From positions 7,935,360 through 7,999,359 of the forward strand of contig NC_043019.1 in the NCBI RefSeq assembly GCF_006345805.1: a stretch of 64,000 nt of DNA, read 5' to 3'. A model generated the notes under the pieces. That model did not search any database. It was not told where the DNA came from and saw only the letters and a list, made by a program, of their open reading frames with translations. This stretch comes from Octopus sinensis (Eukaryota). This document shows, piece after piece, positions 39,371-52,837 of this stretch; position 1 is the stretch's first letter, and every line of letters starts with the position of its first letter. The translations under genes were made by a program, and so were the position numbers.

Positions 39371-40325
39371 TTGCGTCACCAAAATAAGAAAGAACAGAAA
39401 GTCAACATTTATTTGGAATATGTACTAAGTGTTATAAAATTCACGATTGAATGAATGTCACGGTGAAGAAGGTGAAAGGTCAAGAAAGTTCAGATGGCAT
39501 AATTCAATTTTTCATAGAAAAAACAATTTATTTTAAATTTTTGAAACGAACTGTGTAACGTTACTGTGTAACTGTAGAATGAATACTGACTAACGCAGTA
39601 GAAAGTTTGTGCAACGTAGATACTGACAGTGGTGAAGAAGCATAGGAGGTATACAGGGACTGTTTAAAAAAAGGACATCTCGAAGATGGTTGGTGGAATA
39701 ACATTTCTGTAATTATTTGGAAAGAGCAGCTGAGGCTTTCTACTTCGGCACGTTTCCGAATTTGTTATAATAACCGGAATAACATTGTTGTATTTTTATT
39801 TCCGATATATCTGCGAGTATTGGGAGTGGTTTTAAATGAGCCAAATCTTCTTGTTGGTATTACTTGACAGTGAACGTTGTTGTTCGTCTAAAGTCCAAGC
39901 CGCGAGTAAACGTTCAATACCGGCGCGTTTTACTGTTTGCGGGTTGGGGTGGGTGGGTGTTACACACATAAACTAAGACACACACGCACATATACATTAA
40001 CGCACACATGAAGCCTATCTCTGCCCCTGTGTCTGTGCGTCTGTCTCCGTCCTTAGATGTGTGTGCGTCAGTCGTCTGAATCTTTTGATGCCCCATACAT
40101 CAAAATCGGCAACTCGGTTTTGGAATGTATAAAGAACATACGCACACACATACATACATACATAGAAATTGTCTTTTATAGATATAGATAGATGTCATAT
40201 ATAGGATATATAATTAATTTATATGCATATAATATATATATATACATATGTATATATATAATGTATATATAGATGCATATATATATACATATATTTACAC
40301 ACAAACTCATATATGCGTGTGTGCA

Positions 40326-40356
<31 letters not shown>

Positions 40357-40785
40357 TTTTTCAAGCAGCATTTGACAACGAGTGTTGTTCTAATTAGGGC
40401 TATCGGATCCCACCTCCACCCACAAAAAACATTGGAATCGATTTGTTCGACTTAACACTAGAAGGCATAACCCTTTAAAAGCCGGAGGCGACTGTTCAAA
40501 ACAAAATAAAAAAATAAAAAACAACAGCACTAGCAAAACTATTAGCAACCTATCATTAAATATGTATCTGCCTATTGAAATGGGATTTTGTAGAATATAG
40601 AACAAGAAGCATTGCAATAGAATGAGGAACAAAAATAGGAATATTAACCTGTTCAAAGAATCCTATTAACTTGAGTTGTCACTTAGCACCAGAATTACCG
40701 AGCAGTCATCTATGACCAATTTCGCTTTTTACTCTTTAATTTCTGCGACAAAATGTGCAATCATGAGCATCATTTCAGATATAAG

Positions 40786-40847
<62 letters not shown>

Positions 40848-40909
40848 ATGGTAGTATGTATGTAGTATGTATGTATGTATGTATGTATGTATGTATATAT
40901 ATGTATCTA

Positions 40910-40950
<41 letters not shown>

Positions 40951-41750
40951 GTGTGTGTGTGTGTATGTATATATATATATATATGTATATGTATGTATAT
41001 GTATATATATATATATGTATGTATGGAGTATGTATGTATATGTATGTAGTATGTATGTATGTATGTATGTATGTATGTATTCGGTAGGTAATTTTGTTTC
41101 AGTAAATGGTAAAATACTATATTATCAAGTCCATTATTCACTGCATTATCTTACGTTTAGAATAAATTGTATTAAATAAGGATTTTCAAAGCAAGTCAAA
41201 AATGACCGTCATGGACCTTGAAGAAGAAAGAAACGGTGATACTTCTAGTGTTAGCAATCAAATCTCTGGTATACATTTGTGTATCTGTGTTAGCATTCAT
41301 ACACCTGTGTATCATCGACACATCCGCCATTTTACTTATGCTTCAAAGACACCTAAATTAATTCGCACAATTTGTTCCGTATTCTAATCTTATACATTTG
41401 AGATGTAAGTCCAGTATTTTCATATCCCGAACATGCCCAGCGGTTACTCGTTGAACATTTCCTTCAGTAGCAAATATATTTTATCTATGAAAAGAGATTG
41501 CTAGTCTCTCGCTTATCACTTCTTCATATTTGAAGAAAGTAAATCCTTCACTATCTTAAAAACAGGGGCCAAATAAGCGGAACAAATTCTATAATACATT
41601 CTAATTGGCACGCTTACAAATTCGCCATTTCTCTGCCTTCATTTCATTATGTAATTAGCATTTTCCTCTTAAAAATACTAATATTATTCGTAATACTGTT
41701 ATCCCATTAACAATGCTTATAGCATTAAACATATATCAAAGTGTAAATGC

Positions 41751-41955
41751 TATTATTTTATTATTATTGTTATTATTATTATTAATATTATTATTATTAT
41801 TATTATTGTTGTTGTTGTTGTTGCTGTTATTGTTGCTGTTGTTGTTGTTGTTGTTTTTTTGTTGCTGCTGTTGTTATTCTTTTTATTGTTGTTGTCATTA
41901 TTATTGTTATTGTTATTATTATTATTAATATTATTATTATTATTATTATTAAATA
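41751..41955. repeat. (TTA)/(TTG)/(CTG)n compound array
   Basis: Direct reading. Confidence 0.95.
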
Positions 41956-41984
41956 TTATTACTTCAATTATTGTTACTATGTTC

Positions 41985-42125
41985 AGAGTTCTGAGTTCAA
42001 TCATCGTCGAAGTCGTCTTTGCATTTCATCCTTTCGGGGAAGATGAAATAAATACCAGGTGAACACTGCGGTCAATGTAACCGACATAACGTCTCCCATA
42101 AAACTGCTGACCTGCTGCCATATTC
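41985..42125 (+). mobile_element. OK-like SINE body fragment
   Basis: GTTCTGAGTTCAA...TTTGCATTTCATCCTTTCGGGGAAGATGAAATAAATACCAG. Confidence 0.7.
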
Positions 42126-42199
42126 GAAGTGATTCGCATTATTAGTATAACCGATATTATTGTCAGCGATTGTCCTTATAATGGTGAAATTGAGGTGAC

Positions 42200-42223
42200 C
42201 ACGACGATGACAAAGACGACGAC

Positions 42224-42256
<33 letters not shown>

Positions 42257-42570
42257 GAAGAAGGAGGAGAAGAAGAAGAAGAAGAAGAAGAAGAAGAAGA
42301 AGAGAAGGAGAAGAAGAAGAAGAAGAAGAAGAAGAAGACGAAGAAGAAGACGAAGAAGAAGAAGAAGAAGGAGAAGAAGAAGAAGAAGAAGAAGAAGAAG
42401 AAGAAGAAAAAGAAGAAGAAGAAAAAGAAGAAGAAGAAGAAGAAGAAGAAGAAAAAGAAGAAGAAGAAAAAGAAGAAGAAGAAGAAGAAGAAGAAGAAGA
42501 AGAAGAAGAAGAAGACGAGGAAGAAGAAGAAGAACAAGAAGACGAAGAAGAACAAGAAAAAGAAGAAGAC
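42200..42570. repeat. (GAT)n followed by ~315-bp (GAA)n purine tract
   Basis: Direct reading; source of the poly-R, poly-S and poly-F pseudo-ORFs. Confidence 0.95.
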
Positions 42571-42670
42571 TGCAAATAATTTAGAAGTAAAAACATCGGG
42601 AAGAACGAGAAGGAATTTATGAAAATAGAAAACGAAGCAGCAGAAAAAGAGCGAAAGAAATAGAAATAAG

Positions 42671-43114
42671 AAAAAGAAGAGAAAAAAAAGACGAATGCTG
42701 AAGTAGAAGACTTTTGGGGAGAGGAAAGAACGGTTTTGTAAGTGTGAGTGACAAGTGCTGTTAGGTAGAATGATTGATTTGAATAAAAGTGATAAGATAA
42801 AGAGTTATTTATGATTCATGTTAATTCTTGCACTGATTAAAAACAGTTAGGGGCTGTTAATCTAGAGAAGAGGTTGGGAGAAGGAGAGAGAGAGAGAGGG
42901 AGGAGAAGGAAAAAGGAGAGAGAAAATACGAAGTGATAGAATCAGAGAGAGATGTGAAGTATACAGGGGGACAAAGTGAAAGAGGGTACTCTGTTCATAC
43001 ATTCTGATACATACACACACACTTATACATTTTTATACGTTTTTATCGGCTTCGATATACGCATACATACTACTTGCATATATATAGGTATATATGAATA
43101 TATGCATACATATG

Positions 43115-43163
<49 letters not shown>

Positions 43164-44100
43164 TATATATATATATATATATCTATTGTAATAAACAATG
43201 ACAGGTAGAGAGACGTATAACGTATACTAAGTGTACAACCGACGGGAGACAGACCAATATACATACATAAATACACACACACACATATACATATATGCAT
43301 GTATATAATACATTATATATATATGTGTGTGTGTGGTGTGTGTACACACATATACATATTTAAAACACAGGAATGTTGCGGGAAAATAAAATTGATGGCT
43401 GAAGAAAAGAAACGTTTTGATATGAAAAAGAGGAATTATCAGAAACTGAGGTGGGCTAAGAAGAGGTAGCGAGAGGGAAAGAGAGAAAGAGACGGAGAGA
43501 GAGAGAGAATGACAGAGAGATAGACAGAAAGCGCTATATATATATATAAAGGGAATTGTTTGAATAGAGNNNNNNNNNNNNNNNNNNNNNNNNNNNNNNN
43601 NNNNNNNNNNNNNNNNNNNNNNNNNNNNNNNNNNNNNNNNNNNNNNNNNNNNNNNNNNNNNNNNNNNNNAAAAGAAGAAAAAAAAAACGAATGCTGAAGT
43701 AGAAGACTTTTGGGAAGAGGAAAGAACGGTTTTGTAAGTGTGAGTGACAAGTGATGTTAGGTAGAATGATTGATTTGAATAAAAGTGATAAGATAAAGAG
43801 TTATTATGATTCATGTTAATTCTTGCACTGATTAAAAACAGTTAGGGGCTGTTAATCTAGAGAAGAGGTTGGGAGAAGGAGAGAGAGAGAGAGGGGGGAG
43901 AAGGAAAAAGGAGAGAGAAAATACGAAGAGATAGAATCAGAGAGAGATGTGAAGTATACAGGGGGACAAAGTGAAAGGGTACTCTGTTCATACATTCTGA
44001 TACATACACCCACACTTAACATTTTATACGTTTTTATCTGCTTCGATATACGCATACATACATACTTGCATATATATAGGTATAGATGATATATGCATAC

Positions 44101-44138
<38 letters not shown>

Positions 44139-44279
44139 TATCTATATATATATATATTATTGTAAATAAACAAATGACAGGTAGGAGAACGTATAACGTA
44201 TACTAAGTGTACAACCGGACGGGAGACAGACCATATATACATACATAAATACACACACACACATATACATATATGCATG

Positions 44280-44330
<51 letters not shown>

Positions 44331-44560
44331 ACACACATATACATATTTAAAACACAGGAATGTTGCGGGAAAATAAAATTGATGCTGAAATAGAAAGAAA
44401 CGTTTTGATATTGAAAAAGAGGAATTATCAGAAACTGAGGTGGGCTAAGAAGAGGTAGCGAGAGGGGAAAGAGAGAAAGAGACGGAGAGAGAGAGAGAAT
44501 GACAGAGAGATAGACAGAAAGCGCTATATATATATATAAAGGGAAATGTTTGATATAGAG
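42671..44560. other. 100-N assembly gap (43570-43669) with the same ~890 bp on both sides (42671-43569 and 43670-44560)
   Basis: Both flanks run from ACGAATGCTGAAGTAGAAGACTTTTGGG to AAAGGGAAxTGTTTGA; differences are mostly small indels. Confidence 0.9.
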
Positions 44561-44972
44561 AGAGAAAATATTGTGTGACATATTGAAATGAAAACAATCA
44601 AAAGTTATTAGTAGGTATTTAGGGAAAAGAGATTAAGATATATTGGAATAGAATTCATGACAAAGAGAGAGTGATAGAGACAAATGGAGAGAGAGAAAGG
44701 GAGAGGGAGTGGGTAGGAGAAAAATAGAGAGTGGGAGGGAGATGGAGATGGTGGGAAGTGAGAGAGAGAGATAAAATCTGTGATTGGATTTAGGAGAGAA
44801 AGAGAGCGAAAACTGTCACAGAATTGCGGATTGAAGAGAGAGGGGGGGGAGCACTGAGGGAGAGAGAGAAAGTGAGAGAGGGAGAGAGGGAGTGGACGAA
44901 GAGAGAGAAAAAGAGCTAGGAAGGAGAACGAGGGAAAGAGAGAGAGAAAAAGTGTGTGTATGTGTGTAAGAG

Positions 44973-45005
<33 letters not shown>

Positions 45006-45578
45006 TTAGCCTTAAGAGAATTGCTGAGAAAATGAGAAAGTGAAAGAGAAACTGTGGCAGATATAGAGAGAAGGGGAGAGAGAGATAGAGCAAGAGAGAG
45101 AGAGAGAGAGAACGAGTAGAACACTATGGAGACAAAATGGCGACATAAATCATCGGAAAATAAGGTTGGGAAAAGATGTTTTACAAGGCGAATATTGGAC
45201 AGTGAATATATAAATGACAAATGTGATTGTTGAGACAAAGATAGGAATAAGAACGGTGATAAATATAAAGCAAAAACATAAAAGAAACATGAACAAGAAA
45301 AAAACAAAAAATGGTGTACGAAGCAAGAATAAAGTAATGTATAACAATGTTGAGTTGCGATGGAGGAAAATGAATAAAATATATGCAAGAAGTGTGAGAA
45401 TGGGGCAGAGATAATTGAAAGCAGAAGGCCAACAGCGCAGTGTTGCGTTAATGTTTATACATAAATCTATGGGAATGGATGGATACGTGTGCGTGCGTGC
45501 GTGTGTGTGTGTGTGTGCATGCAGATATGTGCATATATGCGTATACACACATACAATACAAAATATATGCACACATAG

Positions 45579-45629
<51 letters not shown>

Positions 45630-46544
45630 ATATATATACATATATATAAATGTGTATGCAAATATATATCTGTATGTATGTATGTATGTCTGTATGTTTA
45701 TGTATGTATGTATGCATGTATGGTTTTTGTATACAAATATACGCATGAACATTCTTCTTGGTATTTTGGTATTTCCCTCGTTTTTACGGGTATTTATTCA
45801 AAAACTCTTAGTTACTCGGAGCGCGTGCGTTTGTGTTAGTGTACATATGTATACATGTATGTATATATCTATATCTATCTATTTACACATACGCACACAC
45901 ACACATACCACACACATATACAAAGAGCGAGAGAGAGAAATAAAGGGTGGTTCAGGTAGATAGAGAGTGTATATACGGAATTAATATTCCGCACATATGG
46001 ACAGACATGAACATTAGTCTTTTAAATAAGAATGCGAAGACAAGTTAAAATTAATTTAGCGAACGCTAAGCATTCACACTGAGGTACCCTGTTGATTGGT
46101 TGCAACGTGCCTTTTCCACCACGATACCAGTTTTACAAATAAATGGATTAGTGAATTAGTTTATAACGAACGTAGGCGAGAGCTGTCGTAGATAATAAAT
46201 AATTAAATAGTGAACTTAAAACAATACCTCGGGAATGAGAGATAATGTGTGTCTAGTAACATTCTTTTAAGAGAAAATGCTGAACAAATGCTCAAGACAG
46301 TCGGCATTGTATGAACTGCCTGGCAACAGAATACCCGGAATAAAGTGTAAAATTATAGTCTTGTATTGTTAGTCGCGAAAGCGGAGTTCCTAATCTGTGG
46401 ACTAATTCTTGATTAATCGTCATATGTCCGAACCTTTAAAGAGATAATCTGGACTGCTAAAATGAGTTCATATTTGAAAGGTCATACCTGGAGCAATTCT
46501 GTCAAGGCAATTCTGTCAAGTTGCTGCGTAGGTACCAAAAAGTA

Positions 46545-46748
46545 AACCTTCCTATTTTACGCACAAGGCCTGAAATTTCTGGGGAGGGGGCTAGTTGATT
46601 ACGTCATCTCCAGGGCTCCACTGGTATTTATTTCATCCATTCCCAAACGCAAACCCAACCTCGGCAGAATTTGAACTCAAATCGTACCGCCAGAAGTAAT
46701 GTCGCATAGCATTTCACCCGGGGTGCTACCGATTCTACCAGGTCTCCG
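46545..46748 (-). mobile_element. OK-like SINE monomer
   Basis: CAAGGCCTGAAATTTCTGGGGAGGGG tail; AACCTCGGCAGAATTTGAACTCA; GCATTTCACCCGGGGTGCTACCGATTCT. Confidence 0.75.
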
Positions 46749-47007
46749 CATTGTATGTACCTCATAATAATAAGACTAATATAAAACGGTTTAATGGTTT
46801 CATCAGAATTATAACCCATCAAAACTGTTGATCATTTAGACATAACTCTTACACATGTGGACTCCCTTTTATAAGGTTTTGATAAATGGAAATATCACGA
46901 AGATTAAACACAACATCAAGAATAACGAGCAATGCAATGCATATTTCAAGATTGGAACATTACTCGATGCAAACATTGTAACGGTTTGATATGATTACAC
47001 AAATAAA

Positions 47008-47220
47008 CGCGGTGAGCTGGCAGAATGGTTAAGTACACCGCGGTAGCTCCTTATCGGTATTAAGTCTGTCTTTATGGAGCGAGTTCAAATTCCGCCGAGG
47101 TCAACTTCGCATTTCATCACTTTTACTTTCGATAAGAACCAGAGAATTCGATGTAATCGTAAAATTTTCTTACCCGGAAGTTTTTGGTCAGCATTGTATC
47201 AAACTTAGAAACCAATATGA
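47008..47220 (+). mobile_element. OK-like SINE monomer
   Basis: GCGGTGAGCTGGCAGAATGGTTAAG...GAGTTCAAATTCCGCCGAGGTCAACTTCGCATTTCATC. Confidence 0.8.
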
Positions 47221-49239
47221 TAACATAAATTTCTTTTCAGCTTGTGTTTCGGTGTTCGAAAGTCAATTGCGGTTGAAGATTTTCAGCTAAACGAACAGCA
47301 CAGGTCCCCCGTCGCACGTATATACACTAACAGACACTCACAAATATATATGCATGGCAATCAAACTGCAACAAACTGAAGGGGTGGGCGCACACGAACA
47401 CACACGCACACATATACATGCACGCACACTCTTCTACATAAATATATTACAATATATATATAATTATATATATATATATAATATATATATATATATATGT
47501 TTATATATGTGCATGTATGTATGCATGTATATATGTGTGTTTGTATGTATGTATATATACATACATATATATATACATGTTTATATTTGTGCGAATATTT
47601 ACATATATATATATGTGTGTGTGTGTGTGTGTTTGTCTATGAGCGTATGCACGTGCAAAGAGAAAGACACAGAGAGATAGAGGTGCTTAGTGCATAAATG
47701 AATACATGCACCCGTATTTATGCACATATGTATTTGCATGTGTGTATGTATACACACCCAATCACTATACACACGCACGGGCTCAAACGCAAACACACCC
47801 TTACACCATAACACACACACACACCACACACGTGCAAACACACAAAGACACAATCTCTCACGGCAGCATCGACACATACGAATACGTATACTTTAACCAC
47901 ATCTGAAGCCACGCAAAGTGCACCGATATAACTAATTTGGACGGAACCGTCTGCGTTTTAATGTTTCATTTTCGTTAAGCATTAGCGAATAGTTGCAAAG
48001 AAAGTTCAGCTAGGCACCAACTGCAACCAAATACGAAGTCTCTTGTGGTTGATGAGGCACAAAATTGGTTAGAAATATGGCAACGTCTTTCTAAGTTTAA
48101 ACTTTTACCGATTTCTCGGCGGGTAATCGGTGGGAATTTGGTAGGATTGTGTTAAATTATGCATGTATCAAGCGATTACGCTTGCTTCTGCACCATTAAC
48201 TTGTACATAACTGCATACACACAGACATATATATATACAAGCGTACACACATACATATAAGTGTGTGAGTGCATGTGCGTGTGTGTTAATGTGTTTGTGT
48301 ACTTAGCAATGCACTCATATATACCCACTTCTACACACGTGTTCGTAAGTATATATCCATATTATTCCCACATCTCTCTGTGCATATACATATGAATATA
48401 TACGTACGGTTGTGTGTGTATGTTTTATATGTATATATATATATATATATATGTATGTATATATGTATACATATATATATGTATATATATATAGAGAGAG
48501 ATAAATATAATTATAAATTTAAATACATACACACACACATATATATATAATATTCATATATACATATATATACATATATATATATATATATATGAATATA
48601 TAATACTTATATATGTACTTACAGACACACATACATATCTTTATACATATCTTATATATATATACATATATATATATGCATATGTATGCACGTATATATG
48701 TATATGTATACACACACATTTATATATATATAAAGAGAGTTAGATAGACAAACTGAGAGAAAAATAGATACATAGATAGATAGATAGATAGATAGATAAA
48801 GTACCTATTTAAGAATGATTCTTCAATGTTCTACAGTACTTTTCGTTTCTATACATGATAAACGAAGAATGTCGATGACTCAAATTCTATTTCCAAAAGA
48901 AAGCAAGATCAAAAGAGAAAATAATTATATGCATAACTTATGTGAATTAATTAACAGGCTGATATAAAAATTTACTAATAAATTGACAGGAAGCAATATG
49001 ACTCATATTTTTGATTTAGAAATAAATGTGTTGTCTTTTACAGAACGACGAACTGTAAGCAGAGCTGTTGTGAGCCCATAACTGGTTCACCGGTAATTGA
49101 ACGATCGTCTGTCGCGTTCAAATGCGACATTTTATTTTTATTTGATCGATTCAGTTCCTTGATCCTCAGTCAATATGTTAAATGATTGTGTATTGTATAG
49201 ATACGCATAAATTTAATTGATTCTCATGCTGAAACAAAC

Positions 49240-50000
49240 TGGCCCAGTACCCCCATTGAGATGTGTGTGAATGGCATTGCCCAAGCCACTGAAAATGCTC
49301 CTTGTTTTTGCATAACATTTTCTAGTTTAGCCAAAACCCAGTAATTTTGAGGGACCGGATTGGAATATTGTATGTCCCACAACTATTTATCTTATCTATC
49401 CACCAAAGTTTTGAACACAAATTTAACACGGCACGGTTTGAAACCAGGATGTAAACCACTTGAAAGGATTCAACTAGCTCTGTAATGGTGACTGACATCA
49501 TAGATACCCAAAGTAATTTTCGGAATGGTAACACTTTTGTCCCCATTTATTTTGCCTTCTACAACAATAACTCTTTCACACAAATGTTCTTTTGAATTAT
49601 CCAAATCGTCCCATTGCAACCTTAATTCATCGCTTGATTTATGCCTCATCCTTATATGACAAGAAGTTTCCAATGTCATCTTCGAAGGCTGAAATGTATG
49701 ATGTGGAGTGAGAATTTGCTGCCATTTCTAGCAGACTCAGGTACATTGTAGAATCTATCTTTCTGGTTCATCATTTCCCTATAATTTAATTCTTGTGACA
49801 CACACTGTATAAAATACCGTCGTAGTCATCTATTTCTTCACCTGGAACAGAGTTTATTTCTCACGGCGATATGTATTCCAATATTCATAATAAACTAATA
49901 TTCTAATATCCCAGTAATCCTGTATTTCAAGAAAACTAGCTCCTGGCAATAGTGATGGGTTAATTGGCTTGTCAATCAATGAACGGAACGTCTATTTCTG
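49240..50000 (-). mobile_element. Very degenerate non-LTR (RTE-like) reverse transcriptase remnant
   Basis: Across frameshifts: IGNFLSYKDEA*IKR*IKVAMGRFG*FK, RAVLNL...DKIN and QWLGQCH, in the order expected for an RTE-type RT thumb and C-terminus. Confidence 0.35.
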
Positions 50001-51004
50001 TCTCTCTGTGAGACATTGTTATATAAAATATCAATAATTTTATCGAAAATATGGATGAAATTCGTAAAAATAACAGCAGTACAACAATCATTTCTTCAGC
50101 CATGAGACGTTGCTGTGTAGGATCAACCCCGATCGCTATGGAAGTTTGTGTTTCAAATAAAACAAAGTAATACGGGGAAAATAATGATTTGGGATGGGAT
50201 ACAGAGGGACACGTTTCTCTGTCAACAGCAAGGGGGAAATTTGAATTTAACAAAGTGTATAGAGCTAAAATATTTTTATTAATATGTTGCCCATTGTAAA
50301 GAAAAATACGCATTAATTTAATGATAAATTCTGTCAAATGAGGCAGAAAGCAACGTATGCGAATTATGAAATGATTAGAATACGATGAAAAGAGAATTTT
50401 GGAAATGCAATGAAGAATGAATTGCTTGTATTGTTGGAATTTTTAAATTCATTAAGTTTAATCCTATGTATTTCTCATTTCTATGCTTTTCATTTATACG
50501 TCATATTATATACAAAATCATAATGTACAGGTAAATACGTAAACACACACAAATACACACTCACAGCCACACACACACACATATGTATATGCCATTAACG
50601 TACACACATAAGCGTGTGTGTGTCTGTCTCTGCGCGCAAACATACTTGCGTTTATTATACCAAACTTTTTGCCAATCCCTTTGGCATCTGAATCCCCCCA
50701 CCCCACAAACCGAATGGTTCCTATCTTCCACCAACCAATATATTTTCCATCTTTCTACGTGTTCTTTGCTCTCCACCACCAGTTTCACTACTTCCCAACT
50801 TCCTCTTCGATCTTCCTCATACTACTTCAATACTATACAGGGGAAGACCCCCTTCTTTACTCTTTATACTCTTTCGTTCAGTAAATACAATAGAAATCTT
50901 TACGCTTTCCCTCCGAAACATTTTATCTGAAACGTTTCGTAAACAAATCACCCAACGGCAAAGGAGCATTGAAATCGTTCATTATATTATGCATTTATGA
51001 AAAA

Positions 51005-51048
<44 letters not shown>

Positions 51049-51174
51049 GTACGTATCTAATATTTCTGTATATACATTTGTATAGATATATATGTGTGTG
51101 TGCATATATACATTTTCTCCGTCTCAGCTTTTTTTTCTTTCTCTCTCTCTCTCTCTCTCTCTCTGTATATGTAT

Positions 51175-51227
<53 letters not shown>

Positions 51228-51233
51228 CTATAT

Positions 51234-51267
<34 letters not shown>

Positions 51268-51334
51268 ATATATGTATGTATATATATATATATGTGTGTG
51301 GGTATATGTATGTATCTCTCTCTCTCTCTCTCTA

Positions 51335-51369
<35 letters not shown>

Positions 51370-51371
<2 letters not shown>

Positions 51372-51580
51372 CCATGTGATTCGTTAGCTACTGCACGCAT
51401 TTTTTTTCTCTCCTTCTTTCTGTGTTTTTCTCTCTCTGTGTATCTTTCTGTTGAAGAGCGTAGGCTCGAAACGTTAAAGACTTGTTTTATTTATATTTCC
51501 TGAGCGCCATACTAATACAATTGTTCGTTTGTCTTCCACCTGCCTTCGTCTTTTGTTTATTTTCATAAAGCTTCCCGTTA
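51370..51580 (+). mobile_element. ~210-bp non-coding element with hammerhead-like motif, embedded in (TA)n
   Basis: TCTTT-CTGTTGA-A-GAGC-GTAG-GCTC-GAAA-CG-TT-AAAGA at 51443-51480; paralog of 2358-2544. Confidence 0.8.
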
Positions 51581-52778
51581 TATATATAACTAGATACATA
51601 TATACATGCATATGTGTGAACTGTGCTGAAGGGGCAAGAGTTATTTGTGAACGCCATGAAGTATAGATTGAAGAAATCGTAGAAGCGACAGGTTTTATAT
51701 ACTCCATTAGCTTAACGCTTGAAAGGAAGTGAAAGACTTATAACGTTTCGCAAATTAGGCCTTTATCAGAAGAAAAAACCCACAAGAGTAAAGCGAAAGA
51801 AGTTAGATAAATGAGAGAAAATCGGGTGACGTGTTAGGGACCATGTGATAATGCGATTCAGTGTAAATATCTGAGAAGAGCGAACAGTGAATAGATATAT
51901 TCACTGTTTGTGGTTATAGATAAGCATATGTGGGGCTGTAGTCCGTGTGTGGCTTTCGGGGAGGAATGTATATCTGTAAACGTGTAAATGTGTGAAAGAA
52001 TAATGCCGTGGGTTCGTGGGGTGGTGTGGGATGTGGTGCATTGACGTGTGCATTTCCGTAAATTGGAAATTTGTGTGCGAGGAAAATCTGAAACTAAATA
52101 AGTGGTAACGATTACGAGTGTGAGTTAAAAGGGAAGGACTTAGGTGTAGAGTTTGAGAAATATATGGCGTGTAAAGATGGGAAATGATGCTTCGTGAAAT
52201 GTCACGAAGAAGAGAAGCGAAAAAGAGAGGAACATTTGCAAGTTCAACTATGGAAGAGAAATGAAAGACAAATATGACACAAGATGAAGTCAATCGGATC
52301 TTAACATCTCACTCGTTCTATTCATCTACATTTTCTGTCTCTCGTTCATCTTAGTCATTGCTTCTGATGAAAGGTTAACGTCCGAAATATTAAGATACTC
52401 TGTCTTCTTTTTTAAGTATTAACGTGTTCCTTAAAGCTTCTTCCTTTTATGTTGTTTTTTAGCAACCATTGCATTTTCATTCTCTCCCTCAAAATAACAC
52501 TCTTCCCTCTCACTCTCTCTCTCTTTTATTATATACATACATTCATATACATACACTCACCTACACGTATATATATATACACATACAAACATAAATACAT
52601 ATATACATACACCCACACATACACATACACATATGTATGTATAAGGATGAACAGGAACACACGAGTTGATATATATGGAAAAAAGTAAAGATAGAAAATG
52701 CTAAAATAACTTCATAAAAAACATTTCAGTTTTTTATAAAATTATTTTGGCATTTTCTATCTTGACTTTTTTCATATA

Positions 52779-52837
<59 letters not shown>

